From NCBI GenBank assembly GCA_026389585.1, contig JAPLHP010000075.1:1-61349 (forward strand): a DNA stretch of 61,349 nucleotides. The letters run 5' to 3'. Positions within the stretch are counted from its first letter, which is position 1; every line of letters starts with the position of its first letter. The DNA comes from Chloroflexota bacterium. GTDB lineage: Bacteria; Chloroflexota; Dehalococcoidia; UBA2247; RBG-13-53-26. This document shows positions 8,974 to 18,962 of this stretch, in pieces. The translations under genes and the position numbers were made by a program. The notes under the pieces were generated by a model, which was not told where the DNA came from, did no database searches, and saw only the letters and a list, made by a program, of their open reading frames with translations.

Positions 8974-9192
8974 TCATACCGCCCGTGGTCTATCCCAATA
9001 GGGATTCTTGCACCTGGGGCAAGCTCGTGGCCTATCACGTTTCCGTGGTATCCATTGATGGCCGCATCTCAGGCAATTCAGTGAAGGCAGGACATAGTCT
9101 CTGGATAACTCCTCACCCATCTGAGGGAAAGGTGATGTAGTTGAGGGTGGGGTAGTTGTGAAGGCAGGCTTGGCTTTCCTTTCCTTATTCAT
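8974..9192 (-). CDS. small zinc-ribbon protein (CxxC..CxxC)
   Basis: LNCLRCGHQWIPRKRDRPRACPRCKNPYWDRPR is a four-Cys ribbon motif. A near-consensus promoter lies immediately upstream. Confidence 0.55.
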   Translation of the reverse strand: MNKERKAKPAFTTTPPSTTSPFPQMGEELSRDYVLPSLNCLRCGHQWIPRKRDRPRACPRCKNPYWDRPRAV

Positions 9193-9201
9193 GCCGATGA
9201 T

Positions 9202-9230
9202 AATATAGCCTTATCATCATATAATGTCAA
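9202..9230 (-). promoter_or_regulatory. sigma70-like promoter with embedded inverted repeat
   Basis: The minus strand reads TTGACA, a 17-nt spacer, TATATT, then 9 nt to the ATG (near-leaderless). The inverted repeat GATGATAA-N7-TTATCATC (9196-9218) overlaps the spacer and the -10. Confidence 0.55.
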
Positions 9231-9483
9231 TAGGTCGGTGATATCGCTGTGTGGATAGCTTAGAGTTCTACGAGGCGCAGCTGAGATGCCTGCGCATATG
9301 ACAAAACAAGAAGGGCGGACATCCCTGCCCACCCCTTGAGAGACTGGCGAAAGGCGCACTATGAACCGGGTGGTTCGAGACACTACTGAAGTTGTTTGGA
9401 GATCGCCTTATTAAGCAGCCCTTGAGCTCCGATGAGCTTTCTGTACCTTGCCTCGATCTTGGGGGCATGTCATTTGTGTTCTG

Positions 9484-10044
9484 TCAATACCTTATTAAAG
9501 AGTACGCAGGACAATCTAGAAGTTTTCTACCACCAAGCTCGGTCAATTCAATCAGGAATGCAGCGCAGATGAGCTTCCCGCCGGAGGCTTTGACCAAGTC
9601 GGCAGCCGCTCTGGCTGTGCCACCGGTTGCCAGGACGTCATCCACAATTAGGACACGCTGGCCTTCGTCGATGGCGTCAACATGCATTTCCAATGTGCCT
9701 AAACCATACTCAAGTGTGTAGTTCGTCGTGAGTCTCTCATACGGAAGTTTTCCTTCCTTACGGACTGGCACAAAACCACACTCCAGTTCATTTGCCAGCG
9801 CGGCTCCAAGAATAAAGCCCCTGGCTTCCATACTAACTATTAAGGCAATCTCTTCGTTCTTGAAACGATACGCCATCTTGTCAATGGCTTTCTTAAGGAT
9901 GTTACCCTTGCGCAGAAGAGGTGTTATGTCGCGAAATGTCACGCCTGGCTTCGGCCAGTCCTTGATGTCACGGATGTACTTCTTGAACTCATCATCCTCG
10001 TGTTGGGAAACTAATCCACTATGATGCCGATTCCCTTCCCACAT
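9484..10044 (-). CDS. apt: adenine phosphoribosyltransferase
   Basis: FRDITPLL, RGFILGAALA and VLIVDDVLATGGTA (PRPP-binding motif). Confidence 0.9.
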   Translation of the reverse strand: MWEGNRHHSGLVSQHEDDEFKKYIRDIKDWPKPGVTFRDITPLLRKGNILKKAIDKMAYRFKNEEIALIVSMEARGFILGAALANELECGFVPVRKEGKLPYERLTTNYTLEYGLGTLEMHVDAIDEGQRVLIVDDVLATGGTARAAADLVKASGGKLICAAFLIELTELGGRKLLDCPAYSLIRY

Positions 10045-10358
10045 TGCCCCCCCCTTTTTATAAGTATCTCGCCCTTACCCCGTTCGGGTACCAGTTGTGT
10101 CCCAGAAAGCTTGTATGCGGAAGCCGACTAGGATAATACAAACAGGCAATAGTGTCTGTCAACCCCTGGCATCAGCAGCCTTATGACACCCCGACCTTAT
10201 TGAATGGCTTTTACCGTTTGTTTTCCTTTATGTTAAAATCAGGTTGTAGGCCCTTAAGGCAGAGGAGCGGATCGCGGGACTTATGATTGTTGTGGGGTGT
10301 GGTGGCTAGGTTGCCTTTCTGCCTGAGGCAGATGTGGTTTTTTCAAGGAGAGGAGACT

Positions 10359-10766
10359 ATGCCAGTCTATGAATATCGGTGCAAGAGCTGCCGTCGCAAA
10401 GTATCAGTGTATGTCAGGGGGTTCTCCACAACACCTGAAGCCGCCTGCAACTCCTGTGGAAGCAAGGACCTGGTTCGCCTTTTTTCCACTTTTGCTATGG
10501 GCAGGACAGATATGGATATTTATGATGATATCCTCTCTGATCCTGATCTGACCAAAAGGATGATGGCCAATGACCCCACGTCCCTGATCGAGTGGTCCCG
10601 GAGAATGGGTGGGACCGAGGGGGAAAAAGCCCCCGAATATCAGGAGATGGTGGAACGGTTGGAGAGGGGGGAAAATCCCGGGGGAGTGATGGCCGATATG
10701 AAGCAGAAGGAGCTTGCCGCCGATTCTCCGTCTGAGTCTGATTCCGGCGCTGGTATGGAAGAGTAG
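10359..10766 (+). CDS. FmdB family zinc-ribbon protein
   Basis: MPVYEYRCKSCRRK..CNSCGSKDLVRLFS is the CxxC_CxxC_SSSS pattern. GGAGAGGAG lies upstream of ATG 10359. Confidence 0.85.
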   Translation: MPVYEYRCKSCRRKVSVYVRGFSTTPEAACNSCGSKDLVRLFSTFAMGRTDMDIYDDILSDPDLTKRMMANDPTSLIEWSRRMGGTEGEKAPEYQEMVERLERGENPGGVMADMKQKELAADSPSESDSGAGMEE

Positions 10767-10772
10767 GTCGTC

Positions 10773-11135
10773 ATGCCGGTTTACGAGTTTCGTTGCCGTT
10801 CGTGTCAGAAGAAATCGAGTTTCTTTGTCAGGAGCGTTAGTGAGTCTCCGTCTCCGGCCTGCCCCATTTGCGGCAGCCGGGAGTTGAGCCGGCTTATCTC
10901 CAGCTTTGCTTACCATAAGTCGCTGGCCACCATTCATGAGGAGTCTGGCGAGCCAGACAGTCCCGGAGCGGATTATTATAAAGACCCCCGCAATATTGGC
11001 CGGTGGACAGAGAAGAAGTTTGGGGAAATGGGAATGGAGATGCCTTCGCAGGTTCAGGATATGATCCAGGCTGCCCGTGAAGGAGACATGCCTGAGTCGG
11101 TGAAGGATCTTCAGCCCGGTCTGACTGAGGTTTAG
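10773..11135 (+). CDS. FmdB family zinc-ribbon protein (second tandem paralog)
   Basis: MPVYEFRCRSCQKK..CPICGSRELSRLIS. Confidence 0.85.
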   Translation: MPVYEFRCRSCQKKSSFFVRSVSESPSPACPICGSRELSRLISSFAYHKSLATIHEESGEPDSPGADYYKDPRNIGRWTEKKFGEMGMEMPSQVQDMIQAAREGDMPESVKDLQPGLTEV

Positions 11136-12166
11136 TGCTGCGTCTTATCGATGCTAATATCGACCGTCTCGGAGAAGGACTCAGGGTACTTGAAGATGTA
11201 GCCCGCTTCCTTCTTAATGACGCTGCGCTCTGTCGGCGGCTGAAAACCCTGCGCCATAAGCTGGTTAGAGACGTTCAGCCCTTGGAGCAGGAGCTTCTGT
11301 CGGCCCGAAGGGTGGCGGAGGATGTCGGTGCCCCCGCAAAATTGCCCGCAGGAACCGAACACCAGGACCTCGTTGCTCTGGTGACGGCCAATTCCAGAAG
11401 GGTCCAGGAGTCGATAAGGGTTCTGGAGGAGTTCGCCCGCCTTTCAAGCGCCCCTATTGGGGCGAAGCCAGCGAAGCTGCAGCGGTTCCGTTTTGAAGCC
11501 TATGAGCTGGAGCAGGAGCTCGTTTCAAAATTGCTCCGGCACGATAAGCTGAGCCGGCTGAGCGGGCTTTATCTTGTTCTCGATACTCAGGCGCTGAAGG
11601 GGCGTGATGCAGTAGAGGTGGCTGCCCGGGCGATTCGCGGCGGGGCGAAGGTAATCCAACTGCGCGATAAGCATCTTATGAGAGGCGAGGTGCTGGAGAT
11701 TGCCCGGAGGCTCAAGGAGATTTGTGCTGAGAAGGGCGTACTGTTTATTGTTAATGACTATCTGGATATAGCTCTGGCTGCAGGGGCTGACGGACTTCAT
11801 TTGGGGCAGGAGGATTTGCCGCTGGCCGAGGCGCGCCGGCTTCTGCCCATAGACAGTCTTATCGGCTGTTCTGCCACCAGTTTATCCCAGGCGGTTAGGG
11901 CCCAGGCCGGTGGTGCTGACTATGTTGCCGTGGGGTCGATATACCCCACACTGTCAAAGGAGAAATTCAAGCTGGTGGGACTGGAGACATTAAGGCGGGT
12001 TAGATCAAGGGTATCGTTGCCTCTGATAGCCATCGGGGGCATAGATCATACCAATGTAAAAGAGGTCATGAAAGCAGGGGCCACTGGCGTGGCGGTGATC
12101 AGTGCTGTGCTGGGAGAGGATGATGTGGAGGAGGCAACCCGAAGGCTGGCGGCCAGGCTGAAGTAA
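11135..12166 (+). CDS. thiE: thiamine-phosphate synthase with an N-terminal extra domain
   Basis: C-terminal 210 aa: LYLVLD..VIQLRDK..FIVNDYLDIALAAGADGLHLGQEDL..GCS..DYVAVGSIYPT..IAIGGI. The GTG start overlaps the upstream stop by 1 nt. Confidence 0.85.
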   Translation: MLRLIDANIDRLGEGLRVLEDVARFLLNDAALCRRLKTLRHKLVRDVQPLEQELLSARRVAEDVGAPAKLPAGTEHQDLVALVTANSRRVQESIRVLEEFARLSSAPIGAKPAKLQRFRFEAYELEQELVSKLLRHDKLSRLSGLYLVLDTQALKGRDAVEVAARAIRGGAKVIQLRDKHLMRGEVLEIARRLKEICAEKGVLFIVNDYLDIALAAGADGLHLGQEDLPLAEARRLLPIDSLIGCSATSLSQAVRAQAGGADYVAVGSIYPTLSKEKFKLVGLETLRRVRSRVSLPLIAIGGIDHTNVKEVMKAGATGVAVISAVLGEDDVEEATRRLAARLK

Positions 12167-12188
12167 ATCTTATTGGCGGAGGTAGAAT

Positions 12189-12821
12189 ATGTCTAAATCA
12201 ACTTCCAATCTGGAGGAAATCGCCCAGAGGATTCGAGCGGATTTTGCGGCTAGGGACGCGTCTCGGGAGAAGGCGCTCCGGCTCTGTAGAGAGGCCATTC
12301 GCTACAGTGCCAACTCCATCCGTGCTGTTCATCGCAGTGAGTTTGACCAGGCGCGTTCTTCACTGGAAACTGCCCGGGCCCATCTGCAGGAGGCGGGTGA
12401 AGCCTTGTCCCAGCACGGTGAAATGAACCATACCGGTTACCTTCATGATTCCCAGAAGGAGTATGCCGAAGGCTGTATCACCCTGGCGCTGGTTACGAAC
12501 GGTGTTCTGCCCACGCCTGAGTCATTGAGCGTTAGCAATGCCGCCTACCTTCATGGGCTGGGAGAAGCGGTGGGAGAGATGCGGCGCCATCTGCTGGATG
12601 TCATCAGGAAAGATGATCCCTCGAGTTGTGAGGAGTTTCTGTCCAGCATGGATGATATCTACGGTGTCCTGGTGACTATGGATTTCCCGGATGCCCTGAC
12701 CTATGGCTTGAGAAGGTTAACCGATGTAGTCCGGGGTATCCTGGAGAAGACCCGCGGTGATCTGACCATCGCTATGAGGCAGAGGGACCTGGAACAGAAG
12801 CTGGCGCATTTTATTAAGTAG
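12189..12821 (+). CDS. translin family protein (tentative)
   Basis: All-helical, about 210 aa. YLHGLGEAVGEMRRHLLD resembles the translin GL.D..GEL.R block. Confidence 0.5.
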   Translation: MSKSTSNLEEIAQRIRADFAARDASREKALRLCREAIRYSANSIRAVHRSEFDQARSSLETARAHLQEAGEALSQHGEMNHTGYLHDSQKEYAEGCITLALVTNGVLPTPESLSVSNAAYLHGLGEAVGEMRRHLLDVIRKDDPSSCEEFLSSMDDIYGVLVTMDFPDALTYGLRRLTDVVRGILEKTRGDLTIAMRQRDLEQKLAHFIK

Positions 12822-12922
12822 CCTGAGCCTTTGACTTCGTTAAGGCACTCTACTCTCCACCTTTATGATCATCGCTTGAAACTGCCCCATTTTAGGGCGT
12901 ATAATGCCGGCAGAGGAAAGAA

Positions 12923-13765
12923 ATGAGAAAGCCTGCGGTAGCCGGTTCCTTCTACGATGGTTCAGCAGCAGGACTGCGCCGCCAGATTGAGGATTGCTTC
13001 AAGCACCCCCTGGGTCCGGGGGCGCTCCCTGGTTCTGCCAGGGCGGTGGAGAGGCGTATCCTGGGGCTGGTCAGCCCTCATGCGGGCTACATCTACTCCG
13101 GTCCTGTGGCGGCGAATGGCTTCTTTCAAATAGCCGCAGAAGGAAAGCCTCAGACTGTGGTTATCCTGGGGCCCAACCATCGCGGCCTGGGAGCAGCCGT
13201 GGCTGTTGGTGGACAGGATGCGTGGCAGACGCCGCTGGGTTCTGTTGAGATTGATGTTGAGGTGGGGCAGGCGATTGTCTCTGCCACACGGTGGGCTCGG
13301 TTGGATGACTTGGCCCATAGCATGGAACACTCTATCGAGATTCAGGTGCCTTTCCTCCAGTATATCTACGAAAACGGATTTCGGATTGTCTCCATCTCTA
13401 TGCTGAGGCAGGATTGGGAGGTTAGCCGGGAACTGGGCCGGGCTGTAGCTGCCGCTCTCAAGGGGAAAAACGCTGTCATAATTGCCAGCTCTGATTTCAG
13501 TCACTACGAATCCCAGTCGATGGCCAGCAAGAAAGACCACCTGGCTCTGGAAGCCATCCTCAATCTGGAGCCGGAGCGGTTGGAGGAGACAGTGATCAGC
13601 CACAGCATCACTATGTGCGGCCCCGGGCCGGTGATGAGTATGCTGACTGCCTGTAAGGCTCTGGGGGCAAAGAAGGCCCGTCTCTTGCGCTATGCTACCT
13701 CAGGAGACATCACTGGCGATCACTCCCAGGTGGTGGGCTATGCCTCGGTAGAGGTCACCGCGTAG
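12923..13765 (+). CDS. AmmeMemoRadiSam system protein B (MEMO1-like)
   Basis: RKPAVAGSFY, SPHAGYIYSG, GPNH and SSDFSHY motifs. Confidence 0.85.
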   Translation: MRKPAVAGSFYDGSAAGLRRQIEDCFKHPLGPGALPGSARAVERRILGLVSPHAGYIYSGPVAANGFFQIAAEGKPQTVVILGPNHRGLGAAVAVGGQDAWQTPLGSVEIDVEVGQAIVSATRWARLDDLAHSMEHSIEIQVPFLQYIYENGFRIVSISMLRQDWEVSRELGRAVAAALKGKNAVIIASSDFSHYESQSMASKKDHLALEAILNLEPERLEETVISHSITMCGPGPVMSMLTACKALGAKKARLLRYATSGDITGDHSQVVGYASVEVTA

Positions 13766-13855
13766 TCCCCGTGCCCTCCCTCATTTTCTTGTACATCAGC
13801 ATGTGTTAACGTATGATCATGAATATGTATCACTTTATGATTGTAGGAGGCGCCG

Positions 13856-14860
13856 ATGCCCACTGAGAATCAGGTGAAAGCTGCGCTGGGCGAAGTGCTT
13901 CTTCCGCAGGTGGTTCGCAGCCTGACGGACCTGAATATGGTTCGTAGCGTGGAGATAAAAGGTGGTAAGGTGAAGGTGACCCTGGCCTCCACCGGACTGA
14001 ATCCCGGCGTCAAGGATTGGGTTCAGACCAGAGCCAGCAGCGCTGTGGAGAGTCTCCCCAAGGTAGCTGAGGTAAGCATAGAGTTCGTTGATGCCCCACC
14101 CCAGGAGCTGAACCAGGTTCGGCATATTGTTGCGGTGATGAGTGGCAAGGGAGGGGTCGGCAAGTCCCTGGTCACCAGTCTGCTGGCCATTGCCCTCAAC
14201 CGTCAGGGCGGCAGGGCGGGCATACTGGATGCCGATATCACCGGTCCAAGTATCCCCAGGATGTTTGGTATCGATTCCCATCCGGGCGGCAGCGATGCGG
14301 CCATACTGCCTGTGCCATCGAAATCGGGAATCATGGTTATGTCTATCAACCTGCTGCTGCCTCATGATGATGACGCTGTTATCTGGCGTGGCCCTCTCAT
14401 CGGCAAGGTAATCCAGCAGTTCTGGCAGGATGTGCTCTGGGGCAATCTCGATTGCCTCTTTGTTGACCTGCCTCCCGGAACGGCTGATGCTCCTCTTACT
14501 GTAATGCAGGTTCTTCCTCTTTCAGGCGTTGTCATTGCCCTCACTCCGCAGGATTTGACGGCTATGGTGGTGAGGAAGGCGGTCAAGATGGCGCAGATGA
14601 TGAAGATACCCGTGCTGGGAGTGGTGGAGAACATGAGCTACCTCGTCTTGCCTGAGACGGGGAAGAAGCTGGAGATCTTCGGCAAGAGCAAAGGGGCCGA
14701 GATGGCGAAAACAGCCGGCGCCCCGCTCCTGGGTCAGTTGCCCCTGGACCCTGAGCTGGCCAGGCTTTGCGACGAAGGATTGATAGAGCGTTATAACTCC
14801 GAAGCTTTTGACAGCCTTGCCCGGGCCTTCACTGAGAGGCTGGCCTCCCTGGGCAAGTGA
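13856..14860 (+). CDS. Mrp/NBP35 family Fe-S cluster carrier ATPase
   Basis: N-terminal DUF59-like segment, then VAVMSGKGGVGKS (deviant Walker A) and DLPPGT. Confidence 0.9.
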   Translation: MPTENQVKAALGEVLLPQVVRSLTDLNMVRSVEIKGGKVKVTLASTGLNPGVKDWVQTRASSAVESLPKVAEVSIEFVDAPPQELNQVRHIVAVMSGKGGVGKSLVTSLLAIALNRQGGRAGILDADITGPSIPRMFGIDSHPGGSDAAILPVPSKSGIMVMSINLLLPHDDDAVIWRGPLIGKVIQQFWQDVLWGNLDCLFVDLPPGTADAPLTVMQVLPLSGVVIALTPQDLTAMVVRKAVKMAQMMKIPVLGVVENMSYLVLPETGKKLEIFGKSKGAEMAKTAGAPLLGQLPLDPELARLCDEGLIERYNSEAFDSLARAFTERLASLGK

Positions 14861-14953
14861 CCGGCCATGAAGGATGGCTGCATCCTGCCTGTTGGGCTTG
14901 CTGCATCGCTCTCTGACCCCGCTGGCTCTCCTCGTGTGTCATTAGCCGATTAT

Positions 14954-14980
14954 GTCATTCCCGTGCAAAAGGGAATCCAG
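14954..14980. repeat. isolated palindromic repeat unit (GTCATTCCCG..GGGAATCC type)
   Basis: GTCATTCCCGTGCAAAAGGGAATCCAG is a variant of the unit found at 48662, 49734 and 58013. Confidence 0.6.
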
Positions 14981-15119
14981 GTTGGGGGATGCCTCTGATT
15001 TTCTCTATCTACAATGCGGATTGTGCTACAGGGCTTCTGGGCCCTATAGGTTGCTGATCGGGTGGGCAGAGATGTGTACCTTTTCCTTTGCCCATTCCTT
15101 ACCAGCTTTGTGTTGACTA

Positions 15120-15536
15120 CTAGGCCATTGGTATGGCTGTTCCCGTAGCTTTGGCGATGAGCTTGCCCTCCTGATTGGTCACTGTCATCTCTGCGATATC
15201 CACTCGCCTTCCCTTACGCAAAACCCGACACTCGGCGGTAAGCTCATCCTCCGGTGATGCCGCGGCGATAAAGTGAATGTTGAATTGGGTGGCGATGCTG
15301 GGACGGCCCATGGAGTTAACAGCAAAGGCAAAAGCCTGGTCAGCTACAGACATGACGATGCCGCCAAAGATGAACTGATTGAAGGTAAGGTATCCCGGTC
15401 GCAGCTTCATGGTCACCTTGGCGTGACCTGGTGCCAGTTCGAGCAGTTTCATATCCAGAAAGGAGCTGATAGGCTCCTTTTCTATCTTCGCTTTGAACTC
15501 TGCCAGGTTATCTTGGGCTTCATTGCCTGCTGACAT
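15120..15536 (-). CDS. PaaI family (hotdog-fold) thioesterase
   Basis: About 138 aa. LDMKLLELAPGHAKVTM..FGGIVMSVADQAFAFAV is the typical PaaI pattern. Confidence 0.8.
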   Translation of the reverse strand: MSAGNEAQDNLAEFKAKIEKEPISSFLDMKLLELAPGHAKVTMKLRPGYLTFNQFIFGGIVMSVADQAFAFAVNSMGRPSIATQFNIHFIAAASPEDELTAECRVLRKGRRVDIAEMTVTNQEGKLIAKATGTAIPMA

Positions 15537-15663
15537 TTGCCCTGCCTATCATCACCACAGTCCACTTATTGTTACTCAGGGCGTCCTCTTCCCAACCAGC
15601 CATTGTTCTAATGAAGCATACCCCCTTTGGCACACGACATCCAAAAGTGCTGCAATGGCAACT

Positions 15664-16623
15664 TCAGGACTTTTTGGCAGCCTTGGCACCAGCGATCTTG
15701 GCATCCATAAAAAGCTTGAAGGCTTCGCGCGAGTTATAGGTGAACTTGAATCCGGTCGTCTTGGTGAGCTTCTCGGTGTTGACCAGTATCGGGTACTTCA
15801 TGTACTCGAGACCGCCGGCCGGGGATTTCTTCTGGATACGCAGTGCCCAACTGATGCTTATCAGTGGTGACCAGACCCACGAAGGAAGACCGAGAGACGG
15901 TTTGCCAGTAGCCCTCAGCATATCTCTGTAGCTCACAGACCCATCGGCGCCTGCGTTGAAGATCCCCGCGCGCCTTTCTTTGAGCAGAGTTACTACCAGT
16001 CTGGCCAGGTCTTGCTCGTATATGAATTGCCACCCTGGATTATACCCGGCACAGTACATCGTTATTGGCATGAACAGAACATTCAGACCCGAGGGACCGG
16101 CCTCCGGCCCTGTCACTGATACGACGCGCACAATGGTCACGCACTGCTTCGGGTGAGCCTTCCCGTACTCCTGAAACATCAGGTCAACCTCGGTTTTGTC
16201 TTCACCATAGGGGAAATTGGGAGTGGGCTTCAGTGGCTGATCTTCGGTGATCAGTGCGGGATTATCACGGTGCGCCCCATAAACGGTATGGCTGCTTTGG
16301 TAGAAAAGGGCTTCCACCGACGTCGCCTCGCAAGCGTGCAGGAAACTCTGTGTCCCACCTATATTGATGCCGTGGGCATCAACGTGGGTTTTTGGCGGGA
16401 CAATGAAAGCCAGGTGCAACGCCGTGTCCACCTTGTTTTGAGCGAAGATGTCAATTAAGGACTCACGTACATCCCGCGAATAGAACTTGAGCTTGCTAGT
16501 GGAGTAACTGGGCGGCCTGATGTCTATGCCAACAACAGTCTCCACTTCCTTTTCCTCATCCAGCCTTTTGAGTAGCTGGGCACCCAGATAGCCCGAGACC
16601 CCCGTTATAACGACGCTTCTCAC
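15664..16623 (-). CDS. NAD-dependent epimerase/dehydratase (SDR family)
   Basis: VVITGVSGYLGAQLL Rossmann motif. AAGGAGG lies 5 nt upstream of GTG 16623. The track ORF to 16776 is probably over-extended. Confidence 0.8.
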   Translation of the reverse strand: MRSVVITGVSGYLGAQLLKRLDEEKEVETVVGIDIRPPSYSTSKLKFYSRDVRESLIDIFAQNKVDTALHLAFIVPPKTHVDAHGINIGGTQSFLHACEATSVEALFYQSSHTVYGAHRDNPALITEDQPLKPTPNFPYGEDKTEVDLMFQEYGKAHPKQCVTIVRVVSVTGPEAGPSGLNVLFMPITMYCAGYNPGWQFIYEQDLARLVVTLLKERRAGIFNAGADGSVSYRDMLRATGKPSLGLPSWVWSPLISISWALRIQKKSPAGGLEYMKYPILVNTEKLTKTTGFKFTYNSREAFKLFMDAKIAGAKAAKKS

Positions 16624-16848
16624 CTTTGCCTCCTTGATTTGCTTTCTACTGGGTGATATCACCCTCCATGCATGAAACCCGATCAGCAATGCAGGGTACG
16701 CAGAATTTCTCCCCAGTTGGCCGAGAGTATGACTTGCCCAGCGACCCGATGTCAAGTTGCGAATAGAATCGGACATTTTCCCTGTGCCGATCTCCGGGCG
16801 GCAGGTTGTCCTATTGACGGGACTCGGTGGTGAGTATATACTTTCAGT

Positions 16849-17340
16849 ATGAAACTATTGCATAAGGAAACTGATGTGCTGGCCCCCGATGTCGAATGTG
16901 CTGCGCTGCTGATGGATGTGGTTCCTCTCGTGATGCACCGCATCCGCATGGAAATGCGCAGCCAGCGGATGCCCAGCCTTTCAGTGCCCCAATTGCGTGC
17001 CCTCATATATCTCTACCGGAACGAGGGCGCTTCACTTTCCGAACTTGCAGAGCACATTGGGCTGGAGTTGCCCTCCATGTCCAAGGGAGTCGATGTGCTA
17101 GTTACCCGAGGATGGGTCGTCCGTCGGGTGCTTCCGGCCGACCGCCGCTACATTAGTCTAAGGCTAAGTACACGCGGGCTCGCCGAGCTCAAGCGGGCGC
17201 GCCGCATCGCTGAGGCACACCTAATGGAAGCGCTCGCAGTATTGTCATCTGCACAGCAGGCTAAGATCGTGGAAGCACTACAAGCGTTACGCATTGTCTT
17301 CGCGCCGGAGAGGGCTGCTGCAGCCGGAGAGGGCTGGTAA
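16849..17340 (+). CDS. MarR family transcriptional regulator
   Basis: LSVPQLRALIYLYRNEGASLSELAEHIGLELPSMSKGVDVLVTRGWVVR..DRRYISLRLSTRG. Confidence 0.85.
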   Translation: MKLLHKETDVLAPDVECAALLMDVVPLVMHRIRMEMRSQRMPSLSVPQLRALIYLYRNEGASLSELAEHIGLELPSMSKGVDVLVTRGWVVRRVLPADRRYISLRLSTRGLAELKRARRIAEAHLMEALAVLSSAQQAKIVEALQALRIVFAPERAAAAGEGW

Positions 17341-17344
17341 TTCA

Positions 17345-18154
17345 GTGCCAAATCCAATTTTAGAGACTGTCGCACTCACCCGCCGCTTTGGAGACCTCAC
17401 TGCTGTGGATAACCTGACTATTTCTGTAGAGCCTGGTGAGGTATTCGGATTGCTTGGCCCCAACGGTGCCGGCAAGACCACGGTCATCAAGATGTTCACC
17501 ACCCTGCTGCTACCAACGTCTGGCGAGGCAAGTGTTGCTGGTTTCAGCATCACCCGCCGAGCCCCGGATGTGCGGCGTGTCACTGGATATGTGCCCCAGC
17601 TTATCTCAGCAGACGGCACGCTCACTGGCCATGAAAACCTGATGGTCTTTGCCAAGCTCTACGACGTACCGCGCGCCGAACGCAAATCGCGGGTTATGGA
17701 AGGGCTCTCGTTTATGGGGCTGGAGGATGCTGCCAACAAGCTGGTGCGCACCTACTCCGGCGGCATGATCCGTCGGCTGGAGATTGTGCAGTCCGTTCTT
17801 CATCGTCCCAAGGTTCTTTTCCTGGATGAACCAACGGTGGGACTGGACCACTTGGCTCGCAAAGCGCTGTGGGAGCACATCGGTCAACTGCGTGCTGAAT
17901 ACGGCACTACCATCTTCTTGACCACACATCTTATGGAGGAAGCGGACCACCTCTGCACTCGTGTGGCGATTATGCACCATGGGAAGCTCGTTGCACTGGG
18001 AGCACCGGCTGACCTCAAAGCATCCATTGGCATGAATGGTGCCACATTGGAGGATGTCTTTATCCACTTTGCCGGTGACAAACTGGAACCGGAGTCAGGA
18101 GCAAATTACCGTGAGACCCGTCAAACAAGGCGAACCGCCAAGCGGCTCGGTTGA
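17345..18154 (+). CDS. ABC transporter ATP-binding protein (DrrA-like)
   Basis: GLLGPNGAGKTT, YSGGMIRRL and LFLDEPTVGLD. The GTG start follows the MarR stop directly. Confidence 0.9.
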   Translation: MPNPILETVALTRRFGDLTAVDNLTISVEPGEVFGLLGPNGAGKTTVIKMFTTLLLPTSGEASVAGFSITRRAPDVRRVTGYVPQLISADGTLTGHENLMVFAKLYDVPRAERKSRVMEGLSFMGLEDAANKLVRTYSGGMIRRLEIVQSVLHRPKVLFLDEPTVGLDHLARKALWEHIGQLRAEYGTTIFLTTHLMEEADHLCTRVAIMHHGKLVALGAPADLKASIGMNGATLEDVFIHFAGDKLEPESGANYRETRQTRRTAKRLG

Positions 18155-18173
18155 AAAGGCACTGAAACAGCCA

Positions 18174-18962
18174 ATGAATCCCTTGATCACAGTCAGCAGA
18201 TTTGTCTATAAGACCTGGGTCATTGCTGAGCTTGAGATCCGCAAGTTGCGGCACGATCCTACGGAACTGATCACTCGGGCAGTACAGCCGGTGCTTTGGT
18301 TGCTCGTATTCGGGCAGGTGTTCACCCGCATACATGCCATCCCCACCCCAGGAATGAGCTACATCGATTTCTTGGCCCCTGGCATCTTGGCCCAGAGCGT
18401 ACTTTTCATCGCCATCTTCAGCGGCATGTCGCTCATCTGGGAGCGGGACCTGGGGATTATCCACAAGTTCCTGGCCAGCCCTACACCACGAACGGCATTG
18501 GCGCTGGGCAAGGCGCTCTCCGGTGGAGTCCGTGCCCTTCCACAGTCCATCCTGGTCTATGTTCTGGCCGCCATTCTAGGTGTGAAGATAGACTGGAATC
18601 CCCTAGCCCTGATCGGAGTGCTGACAGCTATCTTGCTGGGGGCGGCCGCATTCTCCGCCTTCTCTCTTATTATCGCCCTGTTAGTCAAGACACGTGAACG
18701 GTTTATGGGCATTGGCCAGGTGCTGACCATGCCATTCTTCTTCGCCAGCAGCGCCATCTATCCCATTTCGATAATGCCTGGCTGGTTGAAGGTAATCGCA
18801 CATGGTAACCCGCTGACCTATGAGGTAGATGCACTGCGGGCTTTGATGTTGAGTGGTGGCACTAGTTCCTTCGGCTTGGCTCTCGACTTCGGGGTTCTGG
18901 CATCGGTCACAATAGTGCTGGTTATCATTGCCGGTCGGCTCTATCCGAGAGCAGTTACCTAG
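18174..18962 (+). CDS. ABC-2 type transporter permease
   Basis: Six predicted TM segments. It follows the ATPase gene, with ATG 18174. Confidence 0.8.
   Translation: MNPLITVSRFVYKTWVIAELEIRKLRHDPTELITRAVQPVLWLLVFGQVFTRIHAIPTPGMSYIDFLAPGILAQSVLFIAIFSGMSLIWERDLGIIHKFLASPTPRTALALGKALSGGVRALPQSILVYVLAAILGVKIDWNPLALIGVLTAILLGAAAFSAFSLIIALLVKTRERFMGIGQVLTMPFFFASSAIYPISIMPGWLKVIAHGNPLTYEVDALRALMLSGGTSSFGLALDFGVLASVTIVLVIIAGRLYPRAVT

Noticed and set aside
8633-9084. Plus-strand ORFs of 122 aa and 96 aa opposite the zinc-ribbon mini-operon.
   Set aside because: They are Cys/Ser/Pro-rich and low-complexity, and they overlap the better-supported minus-strand zinc-ribbon gene, which has a consensus promoter.
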